Positions 56,907 to 64,000 of a stretch of DNA of 64,000 bases are shown here, piece by piece. Location of the stretch: contig OZ024747.1 of the NCBI GenBank assembly GCA_964016885.1, forward strand, positions 57,722,001 to 57,786,000, in the 5' to 3' direction. Position numbers and translations under genes: made by a program. Within the stretch, counting starts at the first letter, position 1. Every line of letters begins with the position of its first letter. The stretch is from Eledone cirrhosa. Its lineage: Eukaryota. Below the pieces are notes generated by a model that saw nothing but the letters and a program-made list of their open reading frames with translations, made no database searches and was not told where the DNA came from.

Positions 56907-57990
56907 TATATATATATATATTTTTCATCTGAATGAAACAGTACTAGTCCTGTAGAAGCTCCTTCTATAAAATAAAAAAAAATATATATGTATATATATA
57001 TACGATATTAAACAAATGGAAACTATATTTATAAAACCATATTTATTTCATTATACATATTTCAGGGATATCATATTAAAAATATTGCATGCCTTCTGCA
57101 GATAAAATACAATATATAAGCAGTTTTATAAATAAATTTGACGTACCATAAATATTGATCAACTTTTATGTAAAAAGTTGGTTTGGTAGTGAGATGTTTA
57201 TAAATATTTAGTGTTAAGCACAGTTAGAAAGAAAGACGGAGAAAAGGAAGAAGTGTATGTAAAGAAAAACAGAGAGAGATAGAGAGAGATAGGGGAGAGA
57301 GAAATAGTGAGGAGGTGAAAAATGAGAGGCAGCTGAGGCAACAGATGAATAATAATTCATCATACAAATTGAGAGATTTAGGAGGGAGGGAGTACTGTAA
57401 TTATTTATTTATTTATTTATTTAGTTATAGTGTTAAGGAGACGGAGAGAAATAAAAAATAAATAAAGAGAAAACAGAGAGGTAGAGAAATATATTGCCTG
57501 TATGTTTTGTGAAGGTACGTATACTTTCTCGTACGTATATTTGATTGTAAATATTATGGCGTATATTTTTATATATTCTGGTACATATGCTTTTGGTTAT
57601 GTGTATACGGGAGTTTTGCGTCTGTGTGAGTATGCGGGTTCGTACGTATGTTGGGTGTGTGTATGTGTACTTCATGTTTTGGTTGACGTCGTCTCCGAAC
57701 ATTTGTGTATTTACATGTAGGTATGTATGTGCGCTTGTTATATACGTATTTATTTATTTATATACGTTTATTTAATTATTTATTTATTTGTATACACTCA
57801 CACACACATACACATATTTATATGTGCGTGGTTTTGTATACCTATGGCGAGCGTTTTCGCGTATTCTTGTGTATGTACGTATTTGGACGCGTGTATGTAT
57901 TTATTTCATTTCAATTACTTCTGTTTTGTATTTTATTTACTTTATTCTTAACTCTGAAGCGGAGAATAATTCGACTTCCTAGTTAGAATT

Positions 57991-58262
57991 TTAGTCTACG
58001 ACTTCTGCTATACCATTTTCGTGGTTTTGTCTTTGCGTGCAATTGTTCTCCACGGTCCACATATGACGTATTATCTTCGTTTTTTCCGCTCATTGCCAGA
58101 GAACTTCTCTACGAACCACCTAAGAGAACATTAGTCTACGACTTCTTTTATACCATAAACGTGGTTCTGTCTTTGCGCGTAATTGTTTTTCACCGCTCCT
58201 ATTAATGACGTAATATATTCGTTTTTCCCCCGTTCTTTGCCAGGGAACGTTTCCACAAACCA
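57991..58262. repeat. Diverged ~140-bp tandem duplication upstream of the hammerhead at 58343
   Basis: ttagtctacgacttct at 57991 and 58131. Confidence 0.75.
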
Positions 58263-58342
58263 AAGTATCGTCTTCCTGTCTTCCCCGGTTGAAATATCCA
58301 CTTCTGAAATATCCACTTCTGCGTTTACAGATTGACTTTGTT

Positions 58343-58393
58343 AGTTTCAGAAGATCCCGTTAAGGGTGAAAGCAGCGATTATTTGCTTAAACT
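58343..58393 (+). ncRNA. Type-I hammerhead fold with U4A core variant
   Basis: AGUUU-CAGAAGA-U-CCC[GUUAA]GGG-U-GAAAGCAG[CGAUUAU]UUGCUU^AAACU; second copy 63042-63092 (-). Confidence 0.68.
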
Positions 58394-58409
58394 TTAAACT
58401 GTTATTTTA

Positions 58410-58664
<255 letters not shown>

Positions 58665-58715
58665 CATATATGTATATATATATATAGGTATATATATATA
58701 TATTTATATATATAG

Positions 58716-58995
58716 TGGAGGCACGTGGCCTAGTGGTAAGAGTGTTGGACTTACGATCATAATGTCGTGGGCTCGATTCCTTGGCTGCGTGTTGTGTTCT
58801 TGAGCAAAACACTTCATTTCACGTTGTTCCAGTATACTCACCTGAAAATGTGTACCAGCAATAGCTGGAGGTTTAACCCTGCGATGGACTGGCGTACTCT
58901 TCACGGGGGAGTCTTGAACTCTTAGTCGCTTCACGCCATGAAACCGGGATAAGCACCGGCCAAATGAGCCTAATGGCTTAAGACAGACGATAGAC
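58716..58995 (+). mobile_element. Full-length tRNA-derived SINE (second family)
   Basis: ggcacgtggcctagtggtaaga A-box, ggctcgattcc B-box, ttcttgagcaaaacactt, ccctgcgatggactggcgt central domain. Confidence 0.85.
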
Positions 58996-59344
58996 TTTTA
59001 TATATATATATAGCCATGCATACACACCCATATATATATATATATATATATATATGTAAGTTTAAGTTTATAAATTTAGTTTTATATATATATATTTATA
59101 CTTACATATATATAGCCATGCATACACACCCATATATATATATATATATATATATATGTAAGTTTAAGTTTATAAATTTAGGTTTATATATATATTTATA
59201 TATATATATTGTTATACTTGGGGAGGGTCATATTTGCGTAATATTGCCAGAATTAATAACAGAACACACTCACTGTTTGGTTGGTTTTCGCTTCTCGCTG
59301 TCTTTTATATCTGCGATCTAACTTACTCGGTCCTCAATGTTGCC

Positions 59345-59381
<37 letters not shown>

Positions 59382-59419
59382 GTTATATTTATATATATTT
59401 AATTTCGTTTCGTTATTTG

Positions 59420-59476
<57 letters not shown>

Positions 59477-59892
59477 GAGGGTATGTCTGTGTGTATGTAT
59501 ATGAATATATAAGGAGAACCAAAACATATTAAAACTAAATCTGGTATCACTATGCTCTTGTGTCACGCATTCCTGCTTGACTGTTGAAGCTGCTGTGAAA
59601 CTGCGCCATTCTTACGTTCTAAATCACGTGTCTCAGACGTTGAGATGTTTGCAGAACGTGCCATAACTGATATAACTTCTTTCGATGACTGATCAACGCT
59701 CTTCGAACATATAAGCACACGAATATATGAATATATGTGAGCATGCTTTCTTCTTCTGAGTGAATTTACATGTAGAAAATCTTTCCTGAATCATGTAGGT
59801 CTATAAATATCTCTTCCTATATATCCATATGTATGTATACATACACACATATATATATATACATATATACATACATGTATGTATATATATAT

Positions 59893-59925
<33 letters not shown>

Positions 59926-60016
59926 CATACATGTATGTATATATATATACACATACATTTATGTATATATACATACATATATGTATGTATATACATATAT
60001 GTATATATATATACAT

Positions 60017-60065
<49 letters not shown>

Positions 60066-60167
60066 CATACATACATGCATGTATATATATATATATATAT
60101 ATACATATACGTATGTATATACATATATGTATATATATATATATATATATACATGCATGTATGTATG

Positions 60168-60243
<76 letters not shown>

Positions 60244-60422
60244 TACATGTATATATATATACACACACACACATATATATATATATTTGAAAAAAGGAAA
60301 AGAACGATTTCACTTAGAGATGGTATTTTATAAAAAAATATTTTATATTTCTATAATTTCATAATTATAAAATTTAAACATATTTATAGAATACCAACTA
60401 CAAATGAAATCATCTTTCCCTT

Positions 60423-60561
<139 letters not shown>

Positions 60562-61269
60562 ATGTGTGTATGAGTGTGTGTTTGTAGTATATAAAGTAAT
60601 GTAACCCTCTAACATTCAGATAGGTAACTTAATAAAATATTTATAAATTGAATCTTTCTTGGTCCGCCTTACACGAAACTTATCAAAGTATTTATATGGA
60701 TCGAAGACAAATATCTTTTTCTCGTCAGGTCGTACCCCAACGATATTTATTCAACAAAAGTTAAATTTTCCCTTCCTGTCAAACCCTTTGTCTATTCATA
60801 TCTAGCCATAATATTTCACATATGTATCTTTTATCTGGTCGAAGTACAACCGTAAATTCTCCTCCCCGTCCGTCTGTGTTATCTTATTGTCTCACATGCA
60901 TGTTACCAACAGAACAGCTTACCAATCTCGCAAACTATCACCAGGATCTCTTGTGATAAGGGGATCCGTATATTGGTGAACAATAATGTATTTGAATGTA
61001 CGTAAAATGTATATCATGTTCACTCACCGAAATTGCCATAAAATAACGTATTCCTCCAGAAGAGAGCAACCATAGTTCAATAGATAAATATACACTTAAA
61101 GTAATGCTATGTAGTATCAAAGGAACTAGCACTTTCATATCTTTGGGAATCATATCATGGCGGGCGCAGCATATGCATATAGGGCACACATACATGCACA
61201 CGTACGCACACTTACACATATACACACACACAGACACACACACACATATGTATATATATATATATATAT

Positions 61270-61361
<92 letters not shown>

Positions 61362-61424
61362 CTTTGTATATATATATATATACAAAGTGTTAAAGCAATA
61401 AAATCTTAGTTGAATACATTTATT

Positions 61425-61471
61425 TGCTGACAATTGTTTCTTCCAGAGGGAGGTCTGGATTCATCGGAGCA
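61425..61471 (-). ncRNA. Minimal type-I hammerhead, U4C core variant
   Basis: UGCU-CCGAUGA-A-UCCAGA[CCUCCC]UCUGGA-A-GAAAC[AAUU]GUC^AGCA, followed by AAUAAA. Confidence 0.72.
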
Positions 61472-62199
61472 TAGGGAAAGTCTAAACAGGTGATTAAAAT
61501 CCTAGTCGTTCAGAACATTTAGGCAGATAAATAAGTTTCGTTAGTGTCACAGACATCATGTATAGAATCAAGAGTTAAAAGATGTTATGCTCGAGAGAAC
61601 ACAATAACAAGGAGCACTGGTTGAAAGTGTAAGAGCTACAAGCAAAAAATACATGAAAACAAATTACAAGCAAGGAAAAATGAAAGATAGGATAGACATA
61701 AGTTATAAGATACTTCAGCATTGGAGATCAGGTAATGTTAAGGGTATACAATACAGGAGTCAATATAATCAATAAGGCATGTATCAGGAAATAGTTATAT
61801 TACAGCTGATATAAGCGTATTTCGAGTAGAATGTTAAAGCCTGTTATAAGTGTTATACATGTTTAAAATGGCGTGCTATATGGTAGTGAAAGATGGAGTG
61901 ATAAAATAAGCATATGTTATGTGAGGTGTAATGTAAAGCACGTGATTGAATTGGGTAGGTGATTTACACTCAAGTGTTTATATGTTGTAGTTCGTATGTA
62001 GATGTATATGTTGGTTGTAACTCACATTTATTAACCATGGAATTCTTTTAGTTTGAGATGTAATTGTTTACACACACACACATATATAGTGGTAAAAGAC
62101 CGAAATGTTATATTCGTAGTAAGCAGAACACCCAGTCCATGGGAGGAGTTGAGTGAAACGTGCTTCGTGGAGGCTGGTTTACAAATTCGTTGTGAAACT

Positions 62200-62244
<45 letters not shown>

Positions 62245-62248
62245 AAGG

Positions 62249-62504
62249 AGTGTAAAATTCCCGAGACCCATGGACGGGTTCTCTCCAGCGGTCTCTGTCC
62301 CTCATTATCGCTGCCATGTCCTGCGTCTCCAACAGACCAGTGTCTGTCCTTAGGGCATCAACATACGTTAACCTTGGACTTCCTCTTCTAGTGTGTCCAT
62401 GTAGGGGCTCTCACAGGAGCACTGAGTGCAATGTCAACTCTGGATGTCGGTGAGCATGTCCAGCTAACCTCAGTCTCTTCTGTGTCACTTTTGAGCAGAC
62501 TTTT

Positions 62505-62508
<4 letters not shown>
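62249..62508 (-). mobile_element. 3' fragment of the same RTE family as 25503-26586
   Basis: High identity to 25520-25775; TA-flanked. Confidence 0.9.
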
Positions 62509-62593
<85 letters not shown>

Positions 62594-62708
62594 ATGATGA
62601 TCATCATCATGATTTTCTTCGAATGATACAGTTCTACTCCTGTGGAACCAATTTCTATATTAAAAATGTATCGAAGTACCTTACTTACAGTGGCTAACCC
62701 AGATTAAA

Positions 62709-62798
<90 letters not shown>

Positions 62799-62799
62799 T

Positions 62800-62925
<126 letters not shown>

Positions 62926-63020
62926 AATATAGTAATAATAATAAATTTGAAGACCATAATCCAAAGAGGGCTCGATAAGGATAAATATATATCAAATATA
63001 TAAGAACCATAGAGCAAATA

Positions 63021-64000
63021 TTTATTAAAATAACAGATTAAAGTTTAAGCAAAGAATCGCTGCTTTCACCCTTAACGGGATCTTCTGAAACTAACAAAGT
63101 CAATCTGTAAACGCGGAAGTGGATATTTCAAAAAACGTTGCAACCGGAGGAAGACAGGAAGACGATACTTTGGTTCGGGGAAACGTTCCCTATGCAAATA
63201 AGAAACGTTTCGTTGAGGCTTTCCCGTCTATCTACTAACGAGCATATTTTCAACGACCATTCCACTTATTACCATGAAGTTCTTGCTCGGAGTGGATTTG
63301 TCGATAAGGTAGCATATACAGAGTACGAGAAGTGACGTAGAAGAAATAGATCCCGACGCATTATATGGTATAACCCACCATATAATATGGAGGTAGCCAC
63401 ATCATTAGCTAAGATCTTTCTATCCCTTATTACGAAGCATTTTCCCCCTACACATAAATATAGTAAAATTTTTAATAGAAATACTATTAACATTTTTTAC
63501 TCTACGACTCCTAACCTTCCACATGACATCACAGCTTCAAATTTAGCTAAACTACCTAGCCGTAGGAACACGTGCAACCCTGTAGTTAGTACTAACTGTA
63601 ATTGTAAGAATCGGGTTGATTGCCTCCTATCCGGGAAATGCCTCTCTAGTAACATTGTCTACAAATGTAAGGTTGAAACACCCACGTCCCGTAGGGCCTA
63701 CATAGGGTTAACTACCAATAGATTCAAGCAGCGTCTTTACATGCATACCCATTCTTTTCGTTACCCTCTAAGAAGGGATATGACGTCACTTTCAGCTTAT
63801 ATCTGGAGTCTAAAAGACAACCACACCCAATATAAGTTGCACTGGGAGATCGTAGCTAGGGCTAGATTGTGTAACGGAAATAAAAGACCATGTGACCTCT
63901 GCGCCGCTGAGGCCCTGGAAATACTCTACGCCACAGACCACATCTTAAACAAACAATCTGAGGCAATTTCGGCTTGTAAACATAAATTGCACAAAACTTT
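63021..64000 (+). mobile_element. 5'-truncated Penelope-like element (Hydra-clade-like) preceded by an inverted hammerhead-bearing terminal repeat
   Basis: 63021-63190 is the reverse complement of 58241-58415; followed directly by PLE coding sequence. Confidence 0.85.
63192..64000 (+). pseudogene. PLE RT-thumb/linker and GIY-YIG endonuclease (one in-frame TGA at 63333; runs off the window; mostly absent from the ORF track)
   Basis: Manual translation: RLSRLSTNEHIF..SGF..*RRRNRSRRIIWYNPPYN..KHFP..KIFNRNT..CNCKNRVDCLLSGKC..NIVYKC..AYIGLTTNRFKQR..H..SF..TSLSAYIWSLK..WEIV..CDLC..E..LNKQSE..CKH. Confidence 0.88.

Noticed and set aside
63333-63335. In-frame TGA in the PLE ORF as possible selenocysteine or readthrough
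   Set aside because: It lies in an Arg-rich run (K*RRRNRSRR), so CGA-to-TGA decay is the simpler explanation; it is not at a conserved Cys position

Overview
Very AT-rich, (TA)n-microsatellite-saturated eukaryotic DNA. The repeat content suggests a cephalopod (Octopus-like) intron or intergenic region; the taxon is inferred. I found no convincing host protein-coding gene, and almost all ORF-track entries are translated microsatellite. The recognisable coding remnants are all transposons: two tandem R4/Dong-type LINEs next to (TAA)n, RTE and CR1-group LINE fragments, an internally deleted Tc1/mariner, two Penelope-like element (PLE) GIY-YIG endonuclease ends, many tRNA-derived SINEs and a probable degenerate LTR element. 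The main hidden signal is that the short 'unique' islands between TA tracts are fold-back or tandem PLE-type terminal repeats. By hand-folding they carry about 30 type-I hammerhead ribozyme motifs from many families. Several show stem covariation, palindromic stem-III loops and a downstream AATAAA. Several also have recurrent non-canonical cores: compensatory U3:A8, U4A, U4C and a U-U mismatch at the base of stem II. All structures were folded by eye and none was tested computationally or biochemically.
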